Shown here in pieces: positions 20,645 to 30,758 of a DNA stretch of 64,000 nt. The number at the start of each line of letters is the position of its first letter. Position 1 is the stretch's first letter. Made by a program: the position numbers and the translations under genes. Source of the stretch: Oculatellaceae cyanobacterium bins.114 (GTDB taxonomy: Bacteria; Cyanobacteriota; Cyanobacteriia; Elainellales; Elainellaceae); contig JANRJA010000137.1 in the NCBI GenBank assembly GCA_033764315.1, forward strand, positions 46,274 through 110,273, given 5' to 3'. The notes under the pieces were generated by a model. It was not told where the DNA came from. It made no database searches and saw only the letters and a program-made list of their open reading frames with translations.

Positions 20645-22150
20645 ATGCTAAGCGTCTTAGTCTGGGCACCGCTGTTGGGCGTCGCTCTGATTAGTTTATA
20701 TCCGCAAACTCTAACTGCTCAACGAGCACGCCAAGTTGCGTTAGTTGTGGCGACTGGGGTTTTGCTATGGACTCTCTATTTGCTGACTCAGTTTGATCTG
20801 GCCTCATCTCAGTTTCAAATGCAGGAATCGCTGCCCTGGATTGAGACCCTTGGACTGACCTATAAGCTTAGTGTTGATGGTTTGTCACTGCCATTAATTG
20901 TGATTAACAGCCTTTTGGTTTGGGTGGCGATTTTTAGCAGTGATACTCATATCAACCGTCCTCGGCTGTACTACAGTTTGATGTTGATTTTGGGGTCAGC
21001 CGTAGCGGGTGCTTTTGCTGCCCAAAATCTGCTGTTGTTCTTCCTGTTCTACGAATTAGAGTTGATTCCGCTGTATCTGCTGATTGCCATTTGGGGAGGG
21101 TCAAAGCGAGGATATGCGGCAACAAAATTTCTGATCTATACGGCTGTATCTGGGGTATTGCTACTGGCTGGATTTTTTGGTCTGGCATTATTAAGTGGGT
21201 TTTCTAGCTTTGATTTTGAGGTGTTGCGATCGCACACATTGCCGTTAACCACGCAGGTCATTTTGCTGATCTTGCTAGTCGTTGGGTTTGGCATCAAAAT
21301 CCCCTTAGTACCCGTCCACACGTGGTTGCCCGATGCTCACGTTGAAGCCTCGACGCCCACCTCGGTGTTGCTGGCTGGAGTGTTGTTAAAACTAGGAACC
21401 TATGGGCTTTTCCGATTTGGGTTGCAGTTGTTTCCAGAGGCGTGGCATGTATTAGCACCCTGGTTAGCGATCGCGGCTGTTGTGAATGTCCTTTATGGCT
21501 CCTTTGTAGCGATCGCCCAAACCGATTTAAAGAAGATTGTGGCTTATAGCTCAGTGGGGCACATGGGGTTCGTCATTTTGGCAATGGCAGCGGCAACGCC
21601 CCTCAGCCTTTTGGGAGCCGTCGCTCAAATGCTGAGTCATGGCCTTATTTCAGCTTTGTTATTTTTGTTGGTGGGGGTGGTTTACGCCAAAACCGGAACA
21701 CGAGATGTTAACCTGCTGCGGGGGTTGCTCAACCCAGAGCGGGGCATGCCGTTGATTGGTGCCTTGATGATTGCTGGTGTGATGGCAAGTGGTGGTATTC
21801 CGGGAATGGTGGGCTTTATCTCCGAGTTTATTGTCTATCGGGGTAGCTTTACGGTATTTCCTGTGGAAACCTTGCTGTGCATCATTGGCACTGGCTTGAC
21901 AGCCGTCTATTTCTTAAACCTGATTAACCGCACTTTCTTTGGTCGCTTGCCGGACACCCTGGCAAACCTGCCCCCTGTTTATTGGCGCGATCGCATTCCC
22001 TCTATCATTGTCACTTTGTTAGTCATTTGTTTTGGCTTACAACCGATGTGGATGACCTCTTGGAGTGAAAGCACCACAACTGCATTGGGCACTGAGATGC
22101 TGTTAAGTGCTGCTCAGGTAGCTCAAACGGTTGATATTCCGACGCCTTAA
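20645..22150 (+). CDS. ndhD4: NDH-1 subunit D4
   Basis: NuoM-type protein: HTWLPDAHVEAS, LLKLGTYG, GLLNPERG. Confidence 0.88.
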   Translation: MLSVLVWAPLLGVALISLYPQTLTAQRARQVALVVATGVLLWTLYLLTQFDLASSQFQMQESLPWIETLGLTYKLSVDGLSLPLIVINSLLVWVAIFSSDTHINRPRLYYSLMLILGSAVAGAFAAQNLLLFFLFYELELIPLYLLIAIWGGSKRGYAATKFLIYTAVSGVLLLAGFFGLALLSGFSSFDFEVLRSHTLPLTTQVILLILLVVGFGIKIPLVPVHTWLPDAHVEASTPTSVLLAGVLLKLGTYGLFRFGLQLFPEAWHVLAPWLAIAAVVNVLYGSFVAIAQTDLKKIVAYSSVGHMGFVILAMAAATPLSLLGAVAQMLSHGLISALLFLLVGVVYAKTGTRDVNLLRGLLNPERGMPLIGALMIAGVMASGGIPGMVGFISEFIVYRGSFTVFPVETLLCIIGTGLTAVYFLNLINRTFFGRLPDTLANLPPVYWRDRIPSIIVTLLVICFGLQPMWMTSWSESTTTALGTEMLLSAAQVAQTVDIPTP

Positions 22151-22192
22151 TTCTTGGTTTGCTCTATTGCTGTTCTCTCCTCCAAACTGATT

Positions 22193-23317
22193 ATGGTTAG
22201 CCTGATTCAAAAATCATCCCATCCCCTTGCTAGTGTGGTCGATCGCCTAGAAGCGGGCGGTGCCTTGTTGCCTGAATCACCCGAAAACCTGTTGGAGGTG
22301 GTGGGCATTCTCAAGAGCTATGGCGTGGTGTTAGATGCTTATAGCCGCAACTTGTTGTATATCTCCAAGCATCAGTTTTTAGTGCTGTTTCCGGCTTTTA
22401 AATACTTTAATGGCGAGGTGTCGTTACAAAAACTGTTGCAACACTGGTGGCACGATCGCATTAACTATGAATTTGCTGAATATTGCATGAAAGCCATGCT
22501 GTGGCACGGGGGTGGTGGCTTAGATGCTTATCTGGATACCCCTGAATTTAGCCAACGGGCTGGGGCAGCGATCGCCGCTAAATTGAGGGGCAATCTGATG
22601 ATGGGGAGCCTGAATCGACTGTTTCCTGCATTTTTGCCAGAGCAGGTGCGAGTCTTGGCGTACTACAGCGGTTTAGGGCAGTTTTGGCGAGTCATGAGTG
22701 ATATGTTTTTGGAACTCTCTGATCGCTATGATGCGGGTGAAATTAAGGCGATCGCAGATGTTGTAACTCACATTCAAGATCGGTTGGTCGCAGCGGCTAA
22801 TCTTCCCATAACCTATGCAGTCACAATCAAGGGGCAGACCTACGACATTATTCCTGAATCGGCGGGGCTAACCTTCCTGATGGATACTGCCGTGCCCTAT
22901 GTAGAAGCCGTTTTCTTCCGTTCGTTTCCCTTTTTTGGCACGGTGTCTTACAACGCTCAAGCTCAACAGATTTCAACTGATCAAGCTCAATTTAACTACG
23001 GTGCGCTCTATGCAGACCCCCTACCTGTGGGGGGAGCGGGCATTCCCCCGACCTTGTTGATGCAAGATATGCGCCATTATCTACCAGACTATCTCCATCA
23101 AATTTATCGCGAGGGATTGCGTGGAGAAGATGACCTGCGAGTCAAGATCTGTTTGAGTTTCCAGAAATCGATGTTTTGTGTCACTACCGCTGCCATTCGT
23201 GGGTTGGCTCCACATCCCATCGGTACGACTGACCCTGCTCAGCAACAGGTAAACCGAGCTTACTTAGAGCAGTGGATGGATCGGTTAACCCAGTCTCGGT
23301 TGATGACCTTGCAGTAA
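22193..23317 (+). CDS. cupB: CO2 hydration protein CupB/ChpX
   Basis: ENLLEVVGILKSYGVVLDAYS, HDRINYEFAEYC, GIPPTLLMQDM; 374 aa from ATG 22193, the shorter CupB size class. Confidence 0.9.
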   Translation: MVSLIQKSSHPLASVVDRLEAGGALLPESPENLLEVVGILKSYGVVLDAYSRNLLYISKHQFLVLFPAFKYFNGEVSLQKLLQHWWHDRINYEFAEYCMKAMLWHGGGGLDAYLDTPEFSQRAGAAIAAKLRGNLMMGSLNRLFPAFLPEQVRVLAYYSGLGQFWRVMSDMFLELSDRYDAGEIKAIADVVTHIQDRLVAAANLPITYAVTIKGQTYDIIPESAGLTFLMDTAVPYVEAVFFRSFPFFGTVSYNAQAQQISTDQAQFNYGALYADPLPVGGAGIPPTLLMQDMRHYLPDYLHQIYREGLRGEDDLRVKICLSFQKSMFCVTTAAIRGLAPHPIGTTDPAQQQVNRAYLEQWMDRLTQSRLMTLQ

Positions 23318-23555
23318 TGGAATTGAAATTGTAAAAGCCCAACCCCCGGAATTTTCAAAGTTTTGGGGGTCTTCTGTCTACCGCTGGTCTGCGATTTTGA
23401 GCGATCGCCCTCCCCGTGAAAATGAGTAAAAACGATCGTAATTGTTAAGCAATGTTGCGATACTCTAAGATTCTGTCATCTTTCGTTTCGATTTAAGTGG
23501 TCTTGTTATTCTCAATACAATATTCAAAACAAAACCAATTTTTGGAAACGAAATT

Positions 23556-23666
23556 ATGAAAGCTGCAAATCATCTCGGCCAATCCATTACTCTGGGTGCT
23601 GTTCTGGTATTAATGTGTGTAGGTATAATTAGCTTGATCGCCATTCAAAGTAGTGCCTTACCCTAA
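23556..23666 (+). CDS. Candidate 36-aa single-TM microprotein
   Basis: Manually translated MKAANHLGQSITLGAVLVLMCVGIISLIAIQSSALP*; GGAAA upstream; fills an otherwise empty intergenic gap. Confidence 0.5.
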   Translation: MKAANHLGQSITLGAVLVLMCVGIISLIAIQSSALP

Positions 23667-23909
23667 ATTTTCTGCTGAATTGTTCTAAGAGAAGCTAAAC
23701 ATTTCTGAGAAAAGATTTATCTTTTTTAAGCAAAATTACAAAAAACGGCAGTGTGTTCTCAGCCTTTGTTACGGCACCGTTGGATCTCTGAGGTTCAGCC
23801 TGTCAGACAAAGGCAGTTTTTTTGGGGGTGAATCTTCTAGCTCACCTCTACATCATAAAATTCGTGCTAGTTTGTTTTCACAACATTAAGTAACTTTAAT
23901 CATCGTCTG

Positions 23910-24269
23910 ATGTCTGCATATACCTTTAATCAACCTGTTCCCCAAATCAACGTTGAAGCATTTGCTGCACATCGAGCCGACGTTCAACAGCCGTTGCAAT
24001 TAATAGATGTGCGCGAGCCAGAAGAGTTGGCGATCGCCCAGCTAGAGGGGTTTGTAAATCTGCCGTTGAGTCAATTTTCAGACTGGTCAGGGCAAATCAA
24101 TACCATCCTTGACCCGACCGTGGAGACAATTGTTATGTGCCATCATGGAATGCGCTCTGCTCAGATGTGCCAGTGGTTAATCAATCAAGGTTTTACAACC
24201 GTCAAAAATTTAGTGGGTGGAATCGACGCCTACGCAGATAGGGTTGATTCGGGTGTGCCTCGGTATTAA
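23910..24269 (+). CDS. Single-domain rhodanese-like protein
   Basis: LIDVREPEE, MCHHGMRS, NLVGGIDAY...VPRY. Confidence 0.92.
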   Translation: MSAYTFNQPVPQINVEAFAAHRADVQQPLQLIDVREPEELAIAQLEGFVNLPLSQFSDWSGQINTILDPTVETIVMCHHGMRSAQMCQWLINQGFTTVKNLVGGIDAYADRVDSGVPRY

Positions 24270-24333
24270 GGCATACCTCAGATAAGAGCCAGACTGGTTA
24301 GATTAACATCATTGGTGGAATTTCCTGAAGCTT

Positions 24334-25419
24334 ATGGAACTTAAACTCAACGCTCGCCAACAGCAAGTGCTTGGGGCAACGGTACGTCACTATATCGCAA
24401 CTGCAAAACCTGTTGGCTCAGAGGCATTGGTGGATGGGTTTAACCCTAGAGTGAGTCCTGCCACAATTCGCAATGCGATGAGCTTTTTAGAAAAGATGGG
24501 GTTGCTCTATCAGCCCCACACCTCAGCGGGACGGGTGCCCTCAGATTTTGGCTATCGGGTGTATGTCGATCAATTGGTGACTCCTTCTGAACCCGTTGCC
24601 CGACAACTTGATCAAATGTTGAGCGATCGCCTCAATTTAGATGATTGGAGTTTTGAGGCAATTTTGCGTGGGGCAGCTCAAATCTTGTCAACGGTGAGTG
24701 GCTACATTTCGTTGATTACCATGCCTCAAACCGTCGTTTTGCATCTGCGACACTTGCAATTGGTGCAGGTGGATGCCGAGCGTGCCATGCTGATTGTGGT
24801 CTTAGACTCCTACGAAACCCTGTCTACTCTAATGAATTTGCCTCAATGGGATGCAGATGAGCCATTAGACGTGGATCTGTTTGAGCGAGAATTGCAGGTT
24901 TTGTCTAACTTCTTAAATACCCATTTGCGAGGGAAGTCGTTTACTGAGATCAACACGCTTGATTGGAGTGATTTAGGACGAGAATTTGAGCGATATGCTG
25001 AGCTGTTACGCTCCTCGATGTCTGAACTCAATCGCCGTAGCCAATTGCCGATCTCGACTCAGATTTTGATTAGTGGTGTGGCAGAACTGCTGCGACGCCA
25101 ACCAGAATTTGCCGAGCTACAACAGGTGCAGACAATTTTGCAATTGTTAGAGTCTGAGCAAGACCAACTCTGGTCATTGATTTCTGAGTCTAACGACCCA
25201 GACCAAGTTGGTAAACGGGTGATGGTGCGGATTGGGGCCGAGAATCCGCTGGAGCCGATGCGAACTTGTGCCCTGGTATCGGCTACTTATCAACGGGGTA
25301 ATGTGCCTGTCGGCAGCGTGGGGATGTTGGGCCCCACTCGTATGATGTATGAAGATGCGATCGCCCTTGTAGAAGCCACAACCGATTACTTATCGGAAGC
25401 AATCAGCCAAACACCTTAA
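24334..25419 (+). CDS. hrcA: Heat-inducible repressor HrcA
   Basis: [40 protein letters not shown]. Confidence 0.96.
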   Translation: MELKLNARQQQVLGATVRHYIATAKPVGSEALVDGFNPRVSPATIRNAMSFLEKMGLLYQPHTSAGRVPSDFGYRVYVDQLVTPSEPVARQLDQMLSDRLNLDDWSFEAILRGAAQILSTVSGYISLITMPQTVVLHLRHLQLVQVDAERAMLIVVLDSYETLSTLMNLPQWDADEPLDVDLFERELQVLSNFLNTHLRGKSFTEINTLDWSDLGREFERYAELLRSSMSELNRRSQLPISTQILISGVAELLRRQPEFAELQQVQTILQLLESEQDQLWSLISESNDPDQVGKRVMVRIGAENPLEPMRTCALVSATYQRGNVPVGSVGMLGPTRMMYEDAIALVEATTDYLSEAISQTP

Positions 25420-25429
25420 AACCAAAATT

Positions 25430-25607
25430 CGCTTAGGTTCGGGACAAGGATTTTGGCTGACTTCGGCGTGATCTCAGTCGAACGCTATACGAGCAAAACC
25501 CATCTGCGTCAATTCAGTAAACTTTTGATTTTGCCAGTCTGCGACGGCAGACTTCGCTCTGGTAGCCGCGAATTGATTCGCTGGGCTGCTTAAACCGCAC
25601 TGAGGTT
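25430..25607. repeat. Dispersed palindromic repeat, copy 2, between convergent hrcA and CHAT genes
   Basis: GGTTCGGGACAAGGATTTTGG...AGTCTGCGACGGCAGACTTCGCTCTGGTAGCCGCGAATTGATTCGC...AAACCGCACTGA; closely similar to 47207-47463. Confidence 0.8.
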
Positions 25608-25638
25608 AATCCTCCTTGAACCTTAATACTCGCCTTGA

Positions 25639-28404
25639 TCAAAGCCAATTGCCTAAGAGAACATAAGGTGCCCAATAGCGGGGATGTCTGAATTGGTTGT
25701 TTGTCAGAAGTTTGATCTGGGCCTGACGGACTGCTTCAGCACGAGAGATAGAACCGCTTGTCAACTGTTGATAAAACTCACTCATAAACGCTGCACCCGA
25801 TTCATCATCTAAGCTCCACAGAGAGGCAATGGTGCTGCGTGCTCCTGCTCGAACGGCGACTCCGGCTAACCCCAAGGCGGCACGGCGATCGCCCGTGGCG
25901 GTTTGGCAAGCACTCAAAACCAGCAGTTCGATCGCTTCTGCTCGATTGCTGCCAGTGCTGCGGAGCAGGGTGTTCAGTTCGTTGACATTGATGGGTTTAT
26001 CCCACGCCAAAATAAACGTTTGATCGGCGTTAGAGCTAAATTGTCCATGAGTAGCAATATGCACAATCGGATAGGGAAAGGCATTAATCGCATTTTGAAA
26101 CAGGCTCTCTGTAAAGGTCTCGTTAAACAAAACCTGAGTCGGCACCTCAGTTTGAATTTGTTCAACCTCGGCTTCAACGTAATTCAACGGTGAAAACCCA
26201 TACCGCGATTCGCTTAACCCTGCCACTAAAACCTGCAACTGTTCTTGAGGCAAGGGTCGAGGCGTAAAGAGTTGCAAGCCTGGAGCCAGAGCAATGCCAT
26301 ATTTCTCTACTAAATAGTGTTGCCCATCAAACAACGCCGCCATTGGAATGTTCCGCAACGCTCCATCTAGGACAAACACCAGGGTATTGACCTGATTGTC
26401 GGCTAAAGAGGTTTCGAGTGGATTAATCAACCAGTTATAAACCTGTTGGGCGGTGCTCTGCAAGGTTCGGAAACTGTAAGGAGCCGTTAGTTGTTGCCGC
26501 AGAGTATCGAGGGTGCGCTCGACCTGGGCTTGAGAAACCTCCGTGGTGTAGTGTTGTAAGTCTTGCTGGTGGGGAAGTTTGACAATCACCTCAAGGCGAT
26601 CGGGCAGAATGATGGGATAGATGATGGCAGAAGGCAGATTGGCTTGATCGACCACCTGATCCAGCTGGAACCGAGCATCTAAACAGGCTTCTCGGAAGAA
26701 ATTATCTAACTCTGCGATTTGCAATAGTTCTAACGTGGCACGCGCTTGGGTTAAATCACCCTGGTTCGACTTTGCGCCATTGTCAGGTTTAAGCAACAAA
26801 TCCACAAGTTGTCGATAAACGGGTTCAACCCCTTCACGGAAGGAAAACTGCACATCTCGATTAATTGCTACAAGGTCGCTGCGCAGGGTTTGCAGGGTGC
26901 TGACTGCCTGAGTGTAGGCGACGATCGCCCCAGAACGGTCGTTTTGTTCTTTGAGCAATCGCCCTAATTGCCACTGCCAGAGATAGGCAATGTCAGAAGC
27001 ATTGCTGGCTTGTGACAACAACAACGCCTTTTGAGTTAAATCTTCCGCGATCGCCCATTGTTGAGTCTGCTCATACAAACTGCCCAAACTACCCAGGGCA
27101 TATGCTTCAGCTCGTTCGTCGTGTAACTGACTGGCTTGTTGACTGGCGATCGCCAACTGCTGTCCGGCTTGAGCCATCAACTCCTGATCGGTAGAGCCTG
27201 TGCCTTGTGCCAGTTTGATGATACTTTGAGCGAAATTGATGCGAGCATAAATGGCAGTGCGACTGGGCAATAGCGCGGCTAATCGCTGTTGTGCTTGCGG
27301 TAAGAGAGCACGCGCCTCTGACCACTGTTGACGCTCTATCAACAAACTCAAGCGATTGAGTTGGGTTTGAGTTTGAGTTTCAATAGAAGACGAGGTCAGT
27401 GCCTGTTGATAAAACTCTAGGGCACTGGCGAGATCGACCTGAGCTTCCTCGATGTCACCCTTAACGGCATGATTTGCAGCTTGTGCTCGCGCAGTGTTGC
27501 CCAAACTAAGATAGGTTTCAGCGATCGCCTCTGAGTCCCCCAACTGCTGAGCGACGGTGAGGCTTTGCTGTAACACAGTACGCGACTGCTCTAAATCACC
27601 CGATACCCGTAAGGCATCACCCAAACTGCGGAGTGTTGCTGCTTTGGTCAAAGAATCAGGCTGATTTTGCAGGGATTGCGTCAGCGTTGTCAGAGTGGCG
27701 ATCGCCCGTCGATATAATCCCAATGCCTGTAACGCCTGAGCTTGGTTCAACGTACTCTGAGCAACTCCGGTCAGATCACCGACTTGAGTATATTGCTCTG
27801 TTGCCCGTTCCCAAGTTGTCAGGGCTTGTTCTGATTGCCCTTGAGCTAATTGCAAACTCCCTTGAATCTCTAGAACTTGCGCCAACACCAGAGTGCGTTC
27901 TGGATTGGGAGGAATAGACTCTAGTTGATCGAGACTACTGGCGATCGCTTGGTTTGCCTCTGCCCATGCTCCCAGTTGTTGATAGGCCAGAGTCAGGTTG
28001 CTCAGGGCGATCGCTTGTCGCAAGGTATCTCCCTGGTGTTCATAGCCTGTAACCGCCTGCTGTAAAGCGGTGATGGCTTGCTGAAACTGACCTGACTCAA
28101 ATAATTGGCGTCCTTGTGCCTCTAGATCGGCGGGCGATCGGGGGGCTTGCGCCACCTCAGATGTTGTCCTCTCTGTTGGTATCGTTGCCACAACAGGCGA
28201 CACCGCTATGCAAAGCAAAACAGAGATCAGAAAAGTTAGCAGATAGAGGAGGAAAGAACGCCAGGGAAGAAAAACAGTAAGCCAAGGGAAAAGAGCCGCA
28301 AGAGGACGGAAAAATAAAGATGAAACCCTATCCCTGATGCTCTGGCGGTGAGACAGATGTGAGGCGAACCCAGGAACACGGGTCTTGTTTTTCTGGCGTT
28401 TCAT
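25639..28404 (-). CDS. TPR plus CHAT (caspase-like) domain protein
   Basis: TPR array; ELDNFFREAC; VHIATHGQF (His) and LLVLSACQTA (Cys); HPRYWAPYVLLGNWL C-terminus. Confidence 0.93.
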   Translation of the reverse strand: MKRQKNKTRVPGFASHLSHRQSIRDRVSSLFFRPLAALFPWLTVFLPWRSFLLYLLTFLISVLLCIAVSPVVATIPTERTTSEVAQAPRSPADLEAQGRQLFESGQFQQAITALQQAVTGYEHQGDTLRQAIALSNLTLAYQQLGAWAEANQAIASSLDQLESIPPNPERTLVLAQVLEIQGSLQLAQGQSEQALTTWERATEQYTQVGDLTGVAQSTLNQAQALQALGLYRRAIATLTTLTQSLQNQPDSLTKAATLRSLGDALRVSGDLEQSRTVLQQSLTVAQQLGDSEAIAETYLSLGNTARAQAANHAVKGDIEEAQVDLASALEFYQQALTSSSIETQTQTQLNRLSLLIERQQWSEARALLPQAQQRLAALLPSRTAIYARINFAQSIIKLAQGTGSTDQELMAQAGQQLAIASQQASQLHDERAEAYALGSLGSLYEQTQQWAIAEDLTQKALLLSQASNASDIAYLWQWQLGRLLKEQNDRSGAIVAYTQAVSTLQTLRSDLVAINRDVQFSFREGVEPVYRQLVDLLLKPDNGAKSNQGDLTQARATLELLQIAELDNFFREACLDARFQLDQVVDQANLPSAIIYPIILPDRLEVIVKLPHQQDLQHYTTEVSQAQVERTLDTLRQQLTAPYSFRTLQSTAQQVYNWLINPLETSLADNQVNTLVFVLDGALRNIPMAALFDGQHYLVEKYGIALAPGLQLFTPRPLPQEQLQVLVAGLSESRYGFSPLNYVEAEVEQIQTEVPTQVLFNETFTESLFQNAINAFPYPIVHIATHGQFSSNADQTFILAWDKPINVNELNTLLRSTGSNRAEAIELLVLSACQTATGDRRAALGLAGVAVRAGARSTIASLWSLDDESGAAFMSEFYQQLTSGSISRAEAVRQAQIKLLTNNQFRHPRYWAPYVLLGNWL

Positions 28405-28514
28405 TATGTTTCCTTCCTTGCAGCCTTCAGCGGTTAGCCTTCAGCCTCTAACATTTCCATGCTTTATCCTTCAACCCCTCACCCTTGATTTCCTCTGTAT
28501 TCTTTGTTTCTGTT

Positions 28515-30254
28515 CTAAAACGGGGAATAGGAAATCGAGAAATAAATCCCGTCTTCTTGCCAGGTGCGCCCACTAGAGTCTAAATCGACCAGGGGAATGC
28601 CCCAATCGAGACGAGCAGTGAGATTGTCGCCCTGTCGCCATAACAAGCCAACCCCTACCCCCAAGAGCGTATCAGTGGTTGGGTCATCACTGGAATTATT
28701 CCAGGCAGTGCCTGCATCGACAAAAGGAACCACCTGCAAGATGCCCTGCCATTCCGGAACCCGCAAGATGGGGATGCGTAGCTCGGCGGATGCCAAAATT
28801 CCACTGTCTGTGAGGAGTGCATCTTGCCGGTAACCCCGGACGCTCTCTTGCCCCCCTAAACCAAACTGCTCTAGCGGAACGAGGCTATCGCCGCTAAGCT
28901 GCACATCTGCTCGCACCAACAACAGCGTTTCGGGAGCCAACAGGCGAACCCACTGTCCTTGCCCACGCCATGCCAAAAAACGGCTATCAGGGGCACCTTC
29001 ATTCACAGTTGAATCTAGCAGATCCAGACCGAGGCTGAATTGCGATCGCGCCGCTAACACTTGACGACTACTGCGCTTTGTCCATTCTTGAAAGAACCGC
29101 AGGGCAGTAATGCGAGTACGTCCTTCCTCATCTGCTCCGGGTGACAAGGGAAAGGGACCAATGTCATCGATGCCTAATTCGGTTTGGCTCTCTTGTCGAG
29201 ATGCCGTCAGACCGATCGCAAATTCTTCGGTGGGAGACTGCGCCAGAGGTTGCCGTAGGGTGAGTTCTAAATAGCGAGAGTCGGCTTGAATGTCTAATGT
29301 GTCAAAGGGTGGCTCGATGACCTCACTAGACGTTGTGCCCGCACTAATTCGCAAGGTGCCATTGCGGGGGTTAATGGGGTAGGTATAACTGGCATCTAGA
29401 CCGTTGCTGCCATCGGTGTTGGTGTAGCCTACACTCAACCCATCTCCCTGTCCCAACAAGTTAGCTTGAGTAAACTGCACCTGTCGCCGGAAGGTGCCCA
29501 CACTGGGCGATCGCCCATTATCCGCTGAGATCTCTGCACTGACTGTGTCTGCCTCAGTGACTCGCACTTGCAAGACGCTCGTGCCAGGACGTGCCCCCGC
29601 TTCTAGATCGGCAGACAAATTTTGGATCAGTGGATCGAGTTGCAGGAGTTGTAATCCTTCGAGCAATCGATTGACGTTAAGGGGTTGTGCTGCTGCAATG
29701 GCTAGGCGATCGCGCACATAATCGGGGTCGAGGCGACGGTTTCCGGTGATATTAATTTCTTCAACCCTGCCTTCAATCACCTGAATCGTTACCACTCCAC
29801 CACTTAGCGTTTGAGGAGGAATAAAAGCACCAGAGGTGACATAGCCGCGACTGGTATAAAACTGCGTCACAGCGGATCGCGCCTGGAGCAATTGGGCAAA
29901 GGACACCTGCCCGACATAATCCCGCGTGACGGCTTCAAGTTCGGCTGGAGTAAAAACGGTGCTGCCTTCTACGACATAGCCTGTCACGTTAATGACAGCA
30001 GGGACTTCACCGGGCAAAGGCTCTGAGGTGTCTGGGGGTTGAGCCGGAGTGGGCAACAACTCCTCAGGTGGCGGCAAAACTGGCAACGGTTGTACTTCAG
30101 GAGGTCGGTCTAACGAGGGTGGCTGGGTATCGCGGAGAATATCTGAGCCAGGAGACGTCTGAGCACGAACCGGATTAGAGGTGAAACAAGTCACAGCTGT
30201 GAGGGTCAGCAATGACGAGATCAAACAAGAGGGGGCACTTTTTTTGAAACTCAT
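28515..30254 (-). CDS. ShlB/FhaC/HecB (TpsB/Omp85 family) outer-membrane protein
   Basis: Signal peptide, POTRA domains (GYVTSGAFIPPQ...IEG), GGQESVRGY motif, terminal Phe; start uncertain (30254 or 30278). Confidence 0.92.
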   Translation of the reverse strand: MSFKKSAPSCLISSLLTLTAVTCFTSNPVRAQTSPGSDILRDTQPPSLDRPPEVQPLPVLPPPEELLPTPAQPPDTSEPLPGEVPAVINVTGYVVEGSTVFTPAELEAVTRDYVGQVSFAQLLQARSAVTQFYTSRGYVTSGAFIPPQTLSGGVVTIQVIEGRVEEINITGNRRLDPDYVRDRLAIAAAQPLNVNRLLEGLQLLQLDPLIQNLSADLEAGARPGTSVLQVRVTEADTVSAEISADNGRSPSVGTFRRQVQFTQANLLGQGDGLSVGYTNTDGSNGLDASYTYPINPRNGTLRISAGTTSSEVIEPPFDTLDIQADSRYLELTLRQPLAQSPTEEFAIGLTASRQESQTELGIDDIGPFPLSPGADEEGRTRITALRFFQEWTKRSSRQVLAARSQFSLGLDLLDSTVNEGAPDSRFLAWRGQGQWVRLLAPETLLLVRADVQLSGDSLVPLEQFGLGGQESVRGYRQDALLTDSGILASAELRIPILRVPEWQGILQVVPFVDAGTAWNNSSDDPTTDTLLGVGVGLLWRQGDNLTARLDWGIPLVDLDSSGRTWQEDGIYFSISYSPF

Positions 30255-30758
30255 CACACGAGGCAATTGGTGAAACAAAACGCGTTGCGGTTAAACCGCC
30301 TTACAGGATCTAGCAGATAGCGAGATGATGCTCCGAGAGTTTACGCAAAAAGTAACACAATTTTCCAAGAAAATTTGAAATGATGCGATAGGATTTTTAT
30401 TTTCTATAAAGAGTAATACCGATTTAAACGGATTTTGGGGCAGATCAAAGTTTAGGAGGGGGCTTGGCACTGCCAAGTCCGTACCAGGATCTGTCGTGTT
30501 TTCAATTCAAATTGGTATAAAGTCGTTGAAGATAGTTTCTGAGGGCAGTTCTTGTGAAAATCGCTGTAGACAGCAATGCACTGCACTGCGGTTAAACCTG
30601 ATGAGAGAGGGGATTGCTATATCTATGGAAATAATCTGGGAATAACGCGATATGCAATTTAGGGGTTTAGATCCCTGTCTCGTTGGAGCTGACTCAAAGG
30701 TGCCTCGTTACATCCCTAGAAACCGGGAATCTGGAGTCATAATCTGTGAAAACAGGAT

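Noticed and set aside
13266..23317. ccm operon divergent from ndhF4-ndhD4-cupB as a novel cluster
   Set aside because: Well-known CCM gene arrangement in beta-cyanobacteria.
23748..23823. IsaR1-like sRNA (GTGTTCTC start followed by hairpin)
   Set aside because: Only a short word matches my recollection of the family; cannot be supported without an Infernal search.
23820..24334. CIRCE element upstream of hrcA
   Set aside because: No TTAGCACTC-N9-GAGTGCTAA found.
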